DNA from: an uncultured Acidimicrobiaceae bacterium
GTDB lineage: Bacteria > Actinomycetota > Acidimicrobiia > Acidimicrobiales > Palsa-688
DNA length: 64,000 nt
Assembly (NCBI GenBank): GCA_963794745.1
Contig: CAWCEZ010000005.1
Location: forward strand, 255,189 to 319,188
Reading direction: 5' to 3'
Within the stretch, counting starts at the first letter, position 1. Each line of letters begins with the position of its first letter. The position numbers and the translations under genes were made by a program. The notes beneath the pieces were generated by a model. The model made no database searches. It saw only the letters and a list, made by a program, of their open reading frames with translations, and had not been told where the DNA came from. Below are positions 39,749-49,505 of the stretch, one piece after another.

Positions 39749-40683
39749 GCGGGGCCGCTCATGCCGAGGCGATGCCGGCCATCGACGCCATCGCTTTAGG
39801 CAAGCGCTACGGGCACGTCTGGGGACTTGAGGAATGTAGCGTCCAGGTCCCAAAGGGAGCGATCTCGGCCCTTCTCGGCCCGAACGGCTCCGGCAAGACC
39901 ACGCTGCTGCGGATGGTCTCCGGCTTCGCCACCGCCAGCGCCGGCACCGTCCGCGTCCTGGGCCGCGAACCTGCACAAAACGTCGAGTTCTTGACCAGCG
40001 TCGGTTACCTCGCCCAGGAGATGCCGCTTTATCGTCGCCTCAATGTTGCAGAGCACTTGGAGCTCGGCAGGCGCCTCAACCCACGCTGGGACGACAGCGT
40101 CGCACGGGAACGGCTCTTCGCCCTGCGAGTACCCTTCGACCGGCCCGTCGCCACTCTGTCCGGTGGCCAGCACGCCCAGGTCGCTTTGGCGATGGCGGTC
40201 GCCAAGATGCCCGAGGTACTGCTCCTGGACGAGCCCGTGGCCGCCCTTGACCCGCTGGCCAGGGCAGAGTTCCTGGCCTCTTTGGCGGCCGCCGCCGCTG
40301 GGACCGGCCTCACCGTCCTTCTTTCGTCGCACCTGCTTAGGGACGTAGAACAAGTCTGCGACCATGTCGTCCTACTTGCCTCGTCGCGGGTACAGCTGTG
40401 TGCCACCACTGAAGCTCTTGTCTCCTCCCACAGGGTGCTCGTCGGCCCGCGTCGGGGGCTCTCGGAGTGCGAGAGGTTGTTCGACATCGTGAGGGCTACC
40501 CACACGGAACGCCAGTCGAGATTGCTCGTACGCAGCATCGGCCCGCTCCTCGGCCCCGATTGGGAGGTCTTCGAGCCGGACCTCGAGGAGATAGTGCTGG
40601 CGTATATGGGCCACGACCGCGACGGCGGGACGGTCACGGCTGGGCCGCTCAGCGTTGTAAACACAACCGGAGGTGCGCGATGA
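39745..40683 (+). CDS. ABC transporter ATP-binding protein
   Basis: Walker A GPNGSGKTT, signature LSGGQHAQ, Walker B LLLDEP. Confidence 0.9.
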   Translation: MSGAAHAEAMPAIDAIALGKRYGHVWGLEECSVQVPKGAISALLGPNGSGKTTLLRMVSGFATASAGTVRVLGREPAQNVEFLTSVGYLAQEMPLYRRLNVAEHLELGRRLNPRWDDSVARERLFALRVPFDRPVATLSGGQHAQVALAMAVAKMPEVLLLDEPVAALDPLARAEFLASLAAAAAGTGLTVLLSSHLLRDVEQVCDHVVLLASSRVQLCATTEALVSSHRVLVGPRRGLSECERLFDIVRATHTERQSRLLVRSIGPLLGPDWEVFEPDLEEIVLAYMGHDRDGGTVTAGPLSVVNTTGGAR

Positions 40684-41633
40684 ACTACTTGACGTGGCAC
40701 CTGCACCGGAACCAAGTGTTGTTCGCCGGTGCCGCGCTGGTCGCCCTGGCCGTTTTCCTAGTCGTCACCGGTACGCACATGGCGAACGACTACAGCTCGG
40801 CCTTGTCCACCTGTGCAGTCAGCCGAAGCTGCGGCGACCTGAGCGAGGAACTGTTCCAGGGAGACGGGCTCGTTCTGGACTTTGTGAGCGCCGTTTCGAT
40901 CGGGGCCCCGCTGCTGCTGGGGATCTTTTGGGGCGCCCCGCTGATCGCCAAGGAGATCGACGAGGGTACCCATCGCTTGGTGTGGGCGCAGAGCATCACG
41001 AGGCGGCGCTGGATGGCTGCGAAGGTGGGCTGGGTCATAGCCGCTGCCGTGGCCTGGGGAGTGTCGGTGAGCGCGCTTGTTACATGGTGGCATAGCCCCG
41101 AGAACGCCCTCGATGGTCGCCTCGGCTCCGGCCACTTCGACATCCAGGGCATCGTCCCAGTTGCGTACAGCGTCTTCGCCGTCGCCCTAGGGATCGCCAT
41201 CGGCACATGGACCGGTCGCGTCATGACGGCTGCCGCCGGGGTGCTCGGCGCATTCGCAGCGGTGCGCAGCCTGGTCGTGCTGTACGTGCGACCTCACTAC
41301 CTGGCGCCGCTGACAGCCAGGCTCTCGCTCGGCGGGGCTGCCCTCCCTGGCAATCCCTGGGTCCTGTCCAAGACGCTGGTAAACCGAGCCGGTCACCCGG
41401 AGGCCCTCAGCAGCACCTTTAGCTACGTGCCCGCCGTTTGCCACACCGCCGTTTTCAAAGGACCTTCGGCTCTCAGCAGTTGCCTGCAGGCGCAGGGCTA
41501 CCGGTGGCTGGTGAGCTACCAACCGGCCAGCCGGTTTTGGGAGTTCCAGACAATAGAAGCAGCCATATTCGTAGTCTTGGCCGCAGCTCTCGTGGCGCTC
41601 GCCTTGTGGAGGGTCGACCGAGCGGACGCCTGA
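40680..41633 (+). CDS. ABC-2 type transporter permease
   Basis: ATG 40680 overlaps the ATPase stop (ATGA). Multi-TM protein with an AKEIDEGTHRLVWAQSITRRRW motif. The ORF-track start at 40467 is a spurious extension. Confidence 0.75.
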   Translation: MNYLTWHLHRNQVLFAGAALVALAVFLVVTGTHMANDYSSALSTCAVSRSCGDLSEELFQGDGLVLDFVSAVSIGAPLLLGIFWGAPLIAKEIDEGTHRLVWAQSITRRRWMAAKVGWVIAAAVAWGVSVSALVTWWHSPENALDGRLGSGHFDIQGIVPVAYSVFAVALGIAIGTWTGRVMTAAAGVLGAFAAVRSLVVLYVRPHYLAPLTARLSLGGAALPGNPWVLSKTLVNRAGHPEALSSTFSYVPAVCHTAVFKGPSALSSCLQAQGYRWLVSYQPASRFWEFQTIEAAIFVVLAAALVALALWRVDRADA

Positions 41634-41655
41634 CAGCCGCGATCATGTGGCGCGA

Positions 41656-42426
41656 TCATGTGGCCGCGTTCAAGTCTCGCAGCAGCCGCGTCCCGAACAC
41701 GGCTGCGGCCGCCAGCGCCACCGGCGCCGCGCTCAGCCATTGCCCCGAACCGTGGCCCGAGCTGACCACCCAGGCGTCTACGCCCAGGCCGGCCAGCCAC
41801 GCGCCGCTCAAACCAAAAATGGTGGTGGCAATAGTGTCAACCACGGTTGCGGGCAGCGGCGCCCAGCGGTGCGCAGGAAGCCAGCGGCGCCGGGCAAACC
41901 ACAGGCAAGCCAAAGCTGCCAGCCCGAGGAGGCCGAAAGCCACCCGGTATGCCACGGTCTCAAAAGCCCAGTCAGCCATGGCGGCCTGCGCACACGACGC
42001 AGAGTGAGGGTAGCCGGCCAGCCAGCGGGCACAGTCGGAGGCGTTTGTACCCGACTTGGGCCAAGGCCCGGTCAGGAACTGGTTCGTGACCCCGGCCAGT
42101 CGCATCGAGCCGGCCACCAGGCCGCTCACTCCGACGGCGACCGCTCCCCAGGCTCCCAACGACCAAGCCGATATGAACGTGCCACGCGCCACCCACAACC
42201 GGCCCCGCGCCCGGTCGGCAGCGGCCACCAGGCGGGCCTCGCCGAAACGGCGCACGGCCTCGGCTTCGGCCTCCTGCGGGCTCTTGCCGGCCCGAGCCGC
42301 CTCGCCGGCTACGTCGCGCAAGTGGGCCTCCGCTTCACTAAGCATCGAACGGGCGGCCCGGGGAGCGTTGCGGCGCAGCTCGACGAAAAGGTTGTCCAGG
42401 TACTCCTCGATCGGGCCGTTGTTCAC
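41656..42426 (-). CDS. membrane protein with PadR-associated N-terminal helical domain (permease-prefix/DUF1700-like)
   Basis: MNNGPIEEYLDNLFVELR...EAEAHLRD N-terminal pattern followed by about 4 TM segments. 4-nt overlap with the upstream padR gene. Confidence 0.6.
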   Translation of the reverse strand: MNNGPIEEYLDNLFVELRRNAPRAARSMLSEAEAHLRDVAGEAARAGKSPQEAEAEAVRRFGEARLVAAADRARGRLWVARGTFISAWSLGAWGAVAVGVSGLVAGSMRLAGVTNQFLTGPWPKSGTNASDCARWLAGYPHSASCAQAAMADWAFETVAYRVAFGLLGLAALACLWFARRRWLPAHRWAPLPATVVDTIATTIFGLSGAWLAGLGVDAWVVSSGHGSGQWLSAAPVALAAAAVFGTRLLRDLNAAT

Positions 42427-42764
42427 TGCGGCACCAATCTGGCCGGCACGGCGCCAAGTACGGCGTCAATGGCGGCGGACAGCCTCGACCATTCGGCCCG
42501 CTGCGAGCCCAAAGCTGTCGCACCCTTGGGGGTCAAGCGGTACTCCCGTCGGCGCCGGCCACTAGCCAGTGCCCAATCGCTGGAAACCAGCCCGATGTCC
42601 TCCAGCCGGTGAAGCGCCGGGTAAACCGAGCCCTCAGGCAGGTCCAGGGCTCCGTCGCTGCGTTGCTTCAAAGTACTGATAATGGCGTACCCGTGCCCAG
42701 GGCCAGCAGCTAGCGCCCCAAGCAGGACCAAGTCCAGGTGCCCCTGAGCACCATCCCCACGCAT
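42423..42764 (-). CDS. PadR family transcriptional regulator
   Basis: 113-aa ORF (GHGYAIISTLKQRSDGALDLPEGSVYPALHRLEDIGLV ... RREYRLTPKG). Confidence 0.85.
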   Translation of the reverse strand: MRGDGAQGHLDLVLLGALAAGPGHGYAIISTLKQRSDGALDLPEGSVYPALHRLEDIGLVSSDWALASGRRRREYRLTPKGATALGSQRAEWSRLSAAIDAVLGAVPARLVPQ

Positions 42765-42772
42765 ACCTCGAC

Positions 42773-42801
42773 AGTCTAGGTATTGTCCGGCCCCGTGTCA
42801 A
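42773..42801 (-). promoter_or_regulatory. consensus-like promoter of the padR operon (TTGACA-N17-TAGACT), near-leaderless
   Basis: The minus strand reads TTGACA cggggccggacaatacc TAGACT gtcgaggt ATG. The -10 box is at 42773-78 and the -35 box at 42796-801. Confidence 0.55.
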
Positions 42802-42971
42802 CCCGTGACCGGTCAGGCTCACAAAGGCGCACAGACCGCCAGGACCGCCGCCGCGTCGTGGCCGCTGACGAGCAGCCAACGGCACGTGTCACGCCGACGG
42901 AGGCCGGAGGCTGCACGGTGGGCACGTTGTTTTAGGCGTGCCCACCCTGCAGGTATACGGCCTCTTTTGGC

Positions 42972-44245
42972 TCAGGCCACGGGAGGGCTCACGCGCTCCG
43001 AGGTGGCTGCAGCGTGGCGGTCCGTACGGCGGTTGCGGTAGGTGAGGTACCCGACAGCCACCCAGCCGACGACGAGAAGGAACCAGTAGCTGACGGCGCG
43101 GTACATGAGGGTCCCGGCCGTAGCGCGTGACGCCGGCACGTGGAACCTGATGAGCACCTCCACCAGACCGCCTTCGACGAGCCCCAAGCCTCCCGGGGTC
43201 AGGGGGAGCTCGACTAGGAGCTGTGCGGCCGCGTAGCAAAGCAGTAAGCCCCTCCACGGCACCGGGCCCCCAACGGTCAGCAGGCCCATCGTCAGCACGA
43301 CGGCGTCCAGGCCCCAGTTGATGGCGGCGGCAGCAAAGCAGAGCAGCCAAAGGCGCTTTGAAGGCTGGAACTTTTCCATCTGGCGGGTGGAGTCCTGCGC
43401 TGAGTGGAGGTGGTCGATCAGGCCCGCCGGTACGTGGCGCTCCAAGCGCCGAGACAGGCGCGAGATAAGGCTGCTGAGCAGTGGGGCACGCCGGAACAGA
43501 GCGGCGGCCACGAGCGCACCCACCAGCACGACGGCCAAGCCGGGGAGGAGCTTCAGCCGCAGGCCGGCCCGACAACCACGGCTCCAGCCACCGCCACAGC
43601 GGCGAGGGCTGCCGAAGCCAGCGCCCCCGCTGACAGCTCGGCCCAAATCCCAAGGACGCGGCTGGCACCCAGCCGCTGGTACTGGCGGAACGCATAACCC
43701 TCTGCGAAAAGCGTGCCGCCTGGGAGCGACTGGGCGACTGCGTTGCTCGCCATCGTCACAGGCACGAGGTCAGCTACCCCGACAGGCAGGTCGCCGACCC
43801 GGAGCAACTTTTGTTGCAACCACGACAGCGCCGTGATCGAGCCGGCCTCGGCAGCTACCGAGACGAACAACCAATGCCAGTGCAAGCGGTCAAAGGTCGC
43901 CGCAACCTCGGCCATGTCGCCGGCGCGGCGCGTGACGAACAGGGCTCCGCCTGCCAGGACGGCCGCCTCCACCACAAAGCGGAAGACCTTTACACGCCGG
44001 GTGCGACGCGGGACCGCGCGCGCTTGCCCGCCGGCGAGAGGCTGGCCAGCGGGGCCCTTTGAGCGGGGATCCGGGTCCCCAACACCATCGACGGGCGGGG
44101 AAAGCGCTACGACAAAGCACGCTAGCGCCGAGCCCGTAGCACGCTGGGAGATGCTGGGCTTGGGTAGCTCTCCCCACACTCCCTGCCCGCTCCGACGGGT
44201 AGCGCCCGGAGGCCCGGGTATAAGGTCGGAGTACTCCGAGCTCAC
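42972..44245 (-). pseudogene. flippase-like / LPG-synthase-TM (UPF0104) family membrane protein, one frameshift
   Basis: N-terminal half in frame 43553..44245 and C-terminal half in frame 42972..43646 (LTPGGLGLVEGGLV motif). Junction at 43557-43570. Confidence 0.7.
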
Positions 44246-44327
44246 CGATTGCCGGTGGGGCGCTGGACCAGCCGAAAACAGCGCACAGTGGGCCGCGAGG
44301 CTCCGAAACCGCTACGGAGAGCGTTGT

Positions 44328-45125
44328 ATGACTCTGCCAGCACTTATGTCTCCCGAGAAACCTTGTGCGCCAATCGCCGCCTCAAGGCGGGGGCTCTCGC
44401 GCCGAGCCAATAGTGTGGAACCTCATCAGCACCACCATGTCGAGCTGCCGCGCCTGCGAGAACTAGCCAAGCGCGCCGCCCCCCAGGTCATAGAGGCCAC
44501 GCTCATCCCGCTCGCCCTTTTCTACTTGGCTCTTTGGGCGCTCGGGCCAAAAGGTGCGATATGTACCGCGCTTGGCTGGACTTACCTAGCCCTATTGCGC
44601 AGGATTTGGAAGCGCGAGCGCGTCCCGGGCGTGCTCGTGATCGCGGCCCTTGGCCTAACCGCACGCTCGGTAGTGGCACTGGCAAGCGGCAGTAGCGGGC
44701 TTTTCGTATATTTCCTGCAGCCTTCTCTGGCGACGGCCTTGGTGGGCGGGGCGTTTTTGTTCTCGGTCCCCCTCGGTCGCCCGCTCGCCGAGAAGCTGGC
44801 ACACGATTTCGTGCCGATGCCCCCGTCGTTTTTCAAAGGGCCGAAGGTGCGCCAGCTGTTCGTAAAGATCAGCCTGCTCTGGGCGCTCGTCAGCCTCATC
44901 AATGCTGCGGCCACGCTCACCCTTCTCCTAAACGTGCCGATCGCTACCTACCTGGTTGCCAAGACAGGCGTGTCATGCGGTCTCACCTTGGGCGGCATCC
45001 TGCTGTCGTCGTGGTGGTTCCGGCGAAGCCTGCGCCGCCACGGCGGAGATGTGCCAGATCTGGGCGACGAGCCGCTGGCCACACCCCTGCCCGTGGCTCA
45101 ACTAGCTCTAACCGCCGCCGCCTGA
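44328..45125 (+). CDS. hypothetical integral membrane protein
   Basis: ATG 44328 with GGAGAG 6 nt upstream, and about 5 TM segments. The ORF-track 470-aa version is an upstream read-through, antisense to the previous gene. Confidence 0.5.
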   Translation: MTLPALMSPEKPCAPIAASRRGLSRRANSVEPHQHHHVELPRLRELAKRAAPQVIEATLIPLALFYLALWALGPKGAICTALGWTYLALLRRIWKRERVPGVLVIAALGLTARSVVALASGSSGLFVYFLQPSLATALVGGAFLFSVPLGRPLAEKLAHDFVPMPPSFFKGPKVRQLFVKISLLWALVSLINAAATLTLLLNVPIATYLVAKTGVSCGLTLGGILLSSWWFRRSLRRHGGDVPDLGDEPLATPLPVAQLALTAAA

Positions 45126-46019
45126 GAGCGCGCCAGTCGCACCGGAGCGCCCGGTCCCGTCCGGGCCCTGGGGTGACTTGTCCTCCCACCACCAGGCGAG
45201 CCCCGCCAGGCCAGGCCCAGTGTGGGCAACCATCACCGGGCTGAACGAGCCCACAAAGGCGGTCGTCGGCTCTACGTAGGAGCGCACCTGGCCCAGCAGC
45301 TCCTCGGCTACTTCAGGCTGAAGCGCGTGCAACGCCGACACGTGCAGCACGGCACCTCGCCGGAGCTGTTCGTCGAGGTCGGCCGCCCACAGGGCGATGA
45401 TCCTCTGGCAGGCCAGGCGACGCCCTCGAGCGGGCCGCAGCGGCCTGACCTTGCCCTGCTTGAACTCGAAGACGGGTTGCAGCCCAAGCCAGCGAGCTCC
45501 GAGGGCAGCGACCCCGGGCACCCTCCCGCCACGGGCAAGGTGTTCCAGCGAAGGCAACGTGGCCAGCAACCTTGCCCTCCGCGCGGCCACCTCGGCCGCC
45601 GCCACGACGGCCTCGAGGCGCAGGCCGGCGCGAGCAGCCCGGGAAGCGGCCAGCACAACAAGGCCTTCGGCTCCCGCGGCGGTCCCGGTGTCGACGACGG
45701 CCACCTTTTGTCCCCCACCACCTTGGTCTTCCAAGAGGCCCGCTGCGAGCCGTGCCGCGTCGTACGAGCCGCTCATCCGCTGCGAGATCGTCAGGATGAC
45801 GACCCCGTCACCCTCGTCGGCCCGCCTCGCAGCGTCGACGAGTTCTCCAGGCGCCGGGCCTGATGTGGTGAGGCCCTCGCCGAGGCGCGCAAGGACTTCG
45901 GCCATGTCGAGCTCGCTGTCACGGTACTGCTCGCCGCCGATGCTCACCCACATCGGCACTACGGTCACCCCGTTGGCGTCCGCCACTGGCTCAGGCAACG
46001 AGGCGGCGCTGTCTGTCAC
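45108..46019 (-). CDS. DegV family fatty-acid-binding protein
   Basis: (V)VTDSAASLP N terminus and DegV-like length and pattern. The start is uncertain because the conserved first strand lies upstream of the first start codon. Confidence 0.75.
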   Translation of the reverse strand: MTDSAASLPEPVADANGVTVVPMWVSIGGEQYRDSELDMAEVLARLGEGLTTSGPAPGELVDAARRADEGDGVVILTISQRMSGSYDAARLAAGLLEDQGGGGQKVAVVDTGTAAGAEGLVVLAASRAARAGLRLEAVVAAAEVAARRARLLATLPSLEHLARGGRVPGVAALGARWLGLQPVFEFKQGKVRPLRPARGRRLACQRIIALWAADLDEQLRRGAVLHVSALHALQPEVAEELLGQVRSYVEPTTAFVGSFSPVMVAHTGPGLAGLAWWWEDKSPQGPDGTGRSGATGALSGGGG

Positions 46020-46030
46020 TACGGCGACGG

Positions 46031-46679
46031 TCAGTGCGTCGCCTCGCGTGGCTGGTCCCCGCTCGGCTTGGCGCGGGTGTCACGGTCCAACAGCAGACGG
46101 TTGAGGTACACCGACGGCCCCGGGAGTAGCGGAGGGGCGTTGCCCAACAACCTTTTGGCGACGATCGGGACCAGGACAGCGCCAGCAGCTAGGGAACCGG
46201 CCCGTCCATGCACCCGGGCAGCAACGGGCACCAAGACGAGGTCGGCGACGAAGCTGCCGATCGCGGTCTCCCCCGCCATCTTGCCGAGCGCCAAGCCGGC
46301 CACCAGCGCCCCGGAGGCGGCTGGGGCGGTCACCAACAGGGCGCCTATCGCAGGGGAAATCCCGCGGTCCGCCAGCGCCGCCGAGCACGGGTGACCAGTT
46401 GTGGCCGGCGACCGCGGCACCCCCCGCCAGTGCGGCGACCACTGGATGGTCACGCCCCGCCAGCAGAGGGCCAATGGCACCCTTGGCCAACTCGGCGAGG
46501 CCGACCGCAATGAGCGGCCCGGTCCCGGCCACGGCGTAAAGCCCACTGCCCGAAACCGTCCCGCTGCCCACCGTGCGCAGGTCGACACCGGCGCGACGGC
46601 GCGCCACGATGTTGGAAAATGGGATAGCCCCCGCGCCAAACCCAGCAGCGACGGCGATCAGCGAGCGAAGCCGGGCCAC
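46031..46679 (-). pseudogene. plsY: glycerol-3-phosphate acyltransferase PlsY, one frameshift
   Basis: Frame 46080..46679 gives GAGAIPFSNIVA...GHNWSPVLGGAGG. The continuation RGISPAIGALLVTAP... is in frame 46031..46639. Junction at 46364-46370. Confidence 0.8.
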
Positions 46680-46825
46680 GTCCGCTCACGTTGGGTTTCA
46701 TCAGGCACTGGGTAGGAACTCCTCCGACGACCGTTGCACGTCGCGGCCCTGAGGATACGCCAAAACTCCCCATCTTTACCGTACTGTTAAACCCAGACGG
46801 CCCCGACCGACGTTAAGGAGCACAG

Positions 46826-47998
46826 ATGGACCCGTTGCTCATCGTCCTGGTGATCGGTTGCGCGTTGGCGTCGGTGACCTACGCCGCACGAGGGCTGCGG
46901 GCGCGCTCGCGAAGCGTCGAACGTCACCGCCAAGCGCTGGGCACTCTGGGCGACATCACGCAACGCCCGGACGGGGCGCAAGGTTGGTCGGAAGACGCCA
47001 CAGACCATCAGGCCCACGTCCGCCTGATCGACGGCGGCCTGCCCCCGCCACGCGCTCTTTCGTCGCCGGGCAGCGCGAGCGCCTCGCCTTTCCGCCGGCC
47101 GTCGCGCACGGGCCCTTCGATCGCGGCCATGGACGCGGTCGCCACATCGGCCAACCTGGGCCATTCGCCGGGCACCCAGGTCCTCCACAGCGGCCCAGGG
47201 CGCCCAACTGTGCGTGCCTTGCCCGGCCACGAGCCGGCCGAGACGACAATGCCGGGGTTGCCACCACAACGTGGCCTGTCCGGCGACATGTCCGATGACA
47301 TCTCTCTGGCGGAGCCGGGCCTTTCCGGCGAGCCGACGAGGCCGGTCCCGGTCGTCCAGCCGCAGGTGTTCCAGTTCGATGACATTTCCCCCGCAGTGAG
47401 AAAGTCTGCGGGTCAGGCTCGGGCCGCACGCAACGACAAGCGCCTGGCAACCCGCCACTTCGGCCACCGTCCCTCGATCACGGGTGTCGTGCTGGCTGCG
47501 GCCGCCGTGGCGGTGGCTGTTGCAGCAGTCGGGATAGCGCTCGACCTGCGTTCTGCTCCAGGCCCAACCCGCGCTCAGCTACAGACCGCAGCTCAGCAAA
47601 CACCCGTCACGGCCCGCCCAGCGCCCAAGCGGAAGGCGGCCCCGCCGACGACTACGGCGCCGGTCCCCACGACATCGCCTGTCACTGTCGCGTCGCACCC
47701 GGCGGTGCTGGTTTCTTCCGCCAAGGGCACCGCCACATACCAGCTCAGCTCACCCTCCGCCTCGATAGTCGTGAAAGCCAAAGGCAGTTGCTGGCTGGAG
47801 GTCAGGGCGAACAGCCCGCTCGGCCAGATCGTCTACGAGGGGATCCTCGAGGCGGGCCAACAGTCCTCGGTGACCGGCCCGGCGTGGATCCGCCTCGGTG
47901 ACCCTCCCGAGGTGGCGGTCCGGGTGAACGGGCAAAAGATGCCTGTCCCGGGGTCTGCAGTTGCCGTGCCGGTCAACCTGCAGTTCAGCTTGGGCTGA
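46826..47998 (+). CDS. membrane protein with C-terminal RodZ-type DUF4115 domain, no HTH
   Basis: AAGGAG RBS. N-terminal TM segment, disordered region, second TM segment, P/T linker, then a DUF4115-like beta domain (CWLEVRANSPLGQIVYEGILEAGQ...VAVRVNGQ). Confidence 0.65.
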   Translation: MDPLLIVLVIGCALASVTYAARGLRARSRSVERHRQALGTLGDITQRPDGAQGWSEDATDHQAHVRLIDGGLPPPRALSSPGSASASPFRRPSRTGPSIAAMDAVATSANLGHSPGTQVLHSGPGRPTVRALPGHEPAETTMPGLPPQRGLSGDMSDDISLAEPGLSGEPTRPVPVVQPQVFQFDDISPAVRKSAGQARAARNDKRLATRHFGHRPSITGVVLAAAAVAVAVAAVGIALDLRSAPGPTRAQLQTAAQQTPVTARPAPKRKAAPPTTTAPVPTTSPVTVASHPAVLVSSAKGTATYQLSSPSASIVVKAKGSCWLEVRANSPLGQIVYEGILEAGQQSSVTGPAWIRLGDPPEVAVRVNGQKMPVPGSAVAVPVNLQFSLG

Positions 47999-49505
47999 TC
48001 GCGTCCCAGGTTGGCACCAGCGACCGGGCGGCGCGGGCCTCGTCGGCACGCCCTATCGGTGTGGTGCGCGGCGCACCGGCCACCATCTCGGGGCTCTCCT
48101 GGGCTATCTCGAGCAACGCCGCCGCGATCGCAGCCACCGTCTCGGGGCTCTCCGTCTCGGTCGGCTCGATCATGAGCGCCTCTTGGACGACCAGCGGGAA
48201 GTACACGGTGGGGGCGTGGAAACCCTTCTCCAACAGACGTTTGCCGACGTCAAGCGCGCGCAGCTCGTGGGCGGTGCCCGGGGCGTCATGGGTCGACACG
48301 ACCACTTCGTGCATCGCCGGGCGGTCGTAGGGGATCCGGTAGGTGCCGCGGAGCTGGGCGAGCAACCAGTTGGCGTTCAATACGGCGGCTTCTGAGACCT
48401 TGCGCAGGCCGTCGCCGCCGTTGCACAAGATGTAGGCCCAGGCCCGCGCCAGTGCGAGCGCGTTGCCGTGCCAGCCGTGCACACGCCCGATCGAGCGCGA
48501 CGGGGTCTCCCATACGAAGCTGCCGTCGTCCAGGCGCTTGGGGACCGGGCCGGGCAGCAGGTCGGCAAGGGCCCTGGTGACCGCCACCGGGCCGGCGCCA
48601 GGGCCGCCACCGCCGTGGGGCACGGCGAAGGTCTTGTGAAGGTTGAGGTGCACGATGTCAAAGCCCATGTCCCCGGGCCTTGTAACTCCGAGGATCGCGT
48701 TCAGGTTGGCCCCGTCGTAATAGAGCAGGCCGCCCTCGTCATGGACCGCTCCGGCCAGTTCCGCGATGTCTTGTTCGAACAGCCCGAGGGTGTTGGGGTT
48801 GGTGAGCATGATCCCCGCAACGTCGCCGTCGAGGTGCTGGCGCAGGGCCCCCGGGCTTACGAGGCCCCGCTCGTCGGAAGGGATGCTGACGGTGGTGTAC
48901 CCGGCGAGGCTCACCGAAGCCGGGTTGGTCCCGTGCGCCGAGTCCGGGATCAGCACCTTGCTCGGCGAGCGGCCCTGGCCCTCGTGCCAGGCACGCATTA
49001 TCAGCAGCCCGGTCAGCTCACCTGCAGCGCCGGCGGGAGGCTGGAGGGTGGCTGTGTGCATACCCGTGATGGCGCAGAGCGCATTGGTCAGGTCCCAGAG
49101 CAGCTCCAACCATCCCTGCGCGTACGGAGCCGGCGTGGCCGGGTGGACGTAGCCAAGGCCGGGCAAGGCCGCCGCCTCGTCGCAAACCTTGGGGTTGTAC
49201 TTCATCGTGCACGACCCGAGGGGGTAGGCACCGAGGTCGACCGAATACTGCCTGCTGGCTAAGCGCGTCACATGCCCCACAAGGTCACGCTCGGAGATCT
49301 CGGCCAGCTCAGGGGGCTCGGGGCGCAGCTCCTCGGCGGGGACCAGTTCCTCGGCGCTCCACTCTGGGACACCGGTGGTACGGAACGAAGCGCAACGCCG
49401 GCCCGGCACGGAGAAATCAAAGATGGTCGGTTCCTCGTCGCGCCCGAGCAGCGGTGCCGAGCTCGCCTTGCCGCCGGGTGACGACTTGTGCCCGAGCCCG
49501 CTCAC
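47985..49505 (-). CDS. gcvPB: glycine dehydrogenase (decarboxylating) subunit 2
   Basis: 506-aa ORF with a PLP-lysine context (HLNLHKTFAVPHGGGGPG). 4-nt overlap with gcvPA. Confidence 0.9.
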   Translation of the reverse strand: MSGLGHKSSPGGKASSAPLLGRDEEPTIFDFSVPGRRCASFRTTGVPEWSAEELVPAEELRPEPPELAEISERDLVGHVTRLASRQYSVDLGAYPLGSCTMKYNPKVCDEAAALPGLGYVHPATPAPYAQGWLELLWDLTNALCAITGMHTATLQPPAGAAGELTGLLIMRAWHEGQGRSPSKVLIPDSAHGTNPASVSLAGYTTVSIPSDERGLVSPGALRQHLDGDVAGIMLTNPNTLGLFEQDIAELAGAVHDEGGLLYYDGANLNAILGVTRPGDMGFDIVHLNLHKTFAVPHGGGGPGAGPVAVTRALADLLPGPVPKRLDDGSFVWETPSRSIGRVHGWHGNALALARAWAYILCNGGDGLRKVSEAAVLNANWLLAQLRGTYRIPYDRPAMHEVVVSTHDAPGTAHELRALDVGKRLLEKGFHAPTVYFPLVVQEALMIEPTETESPETVAAIAAALLEIAQESPEMVAGAPRTTPIGRADEARAARSLVPTWDAISPS

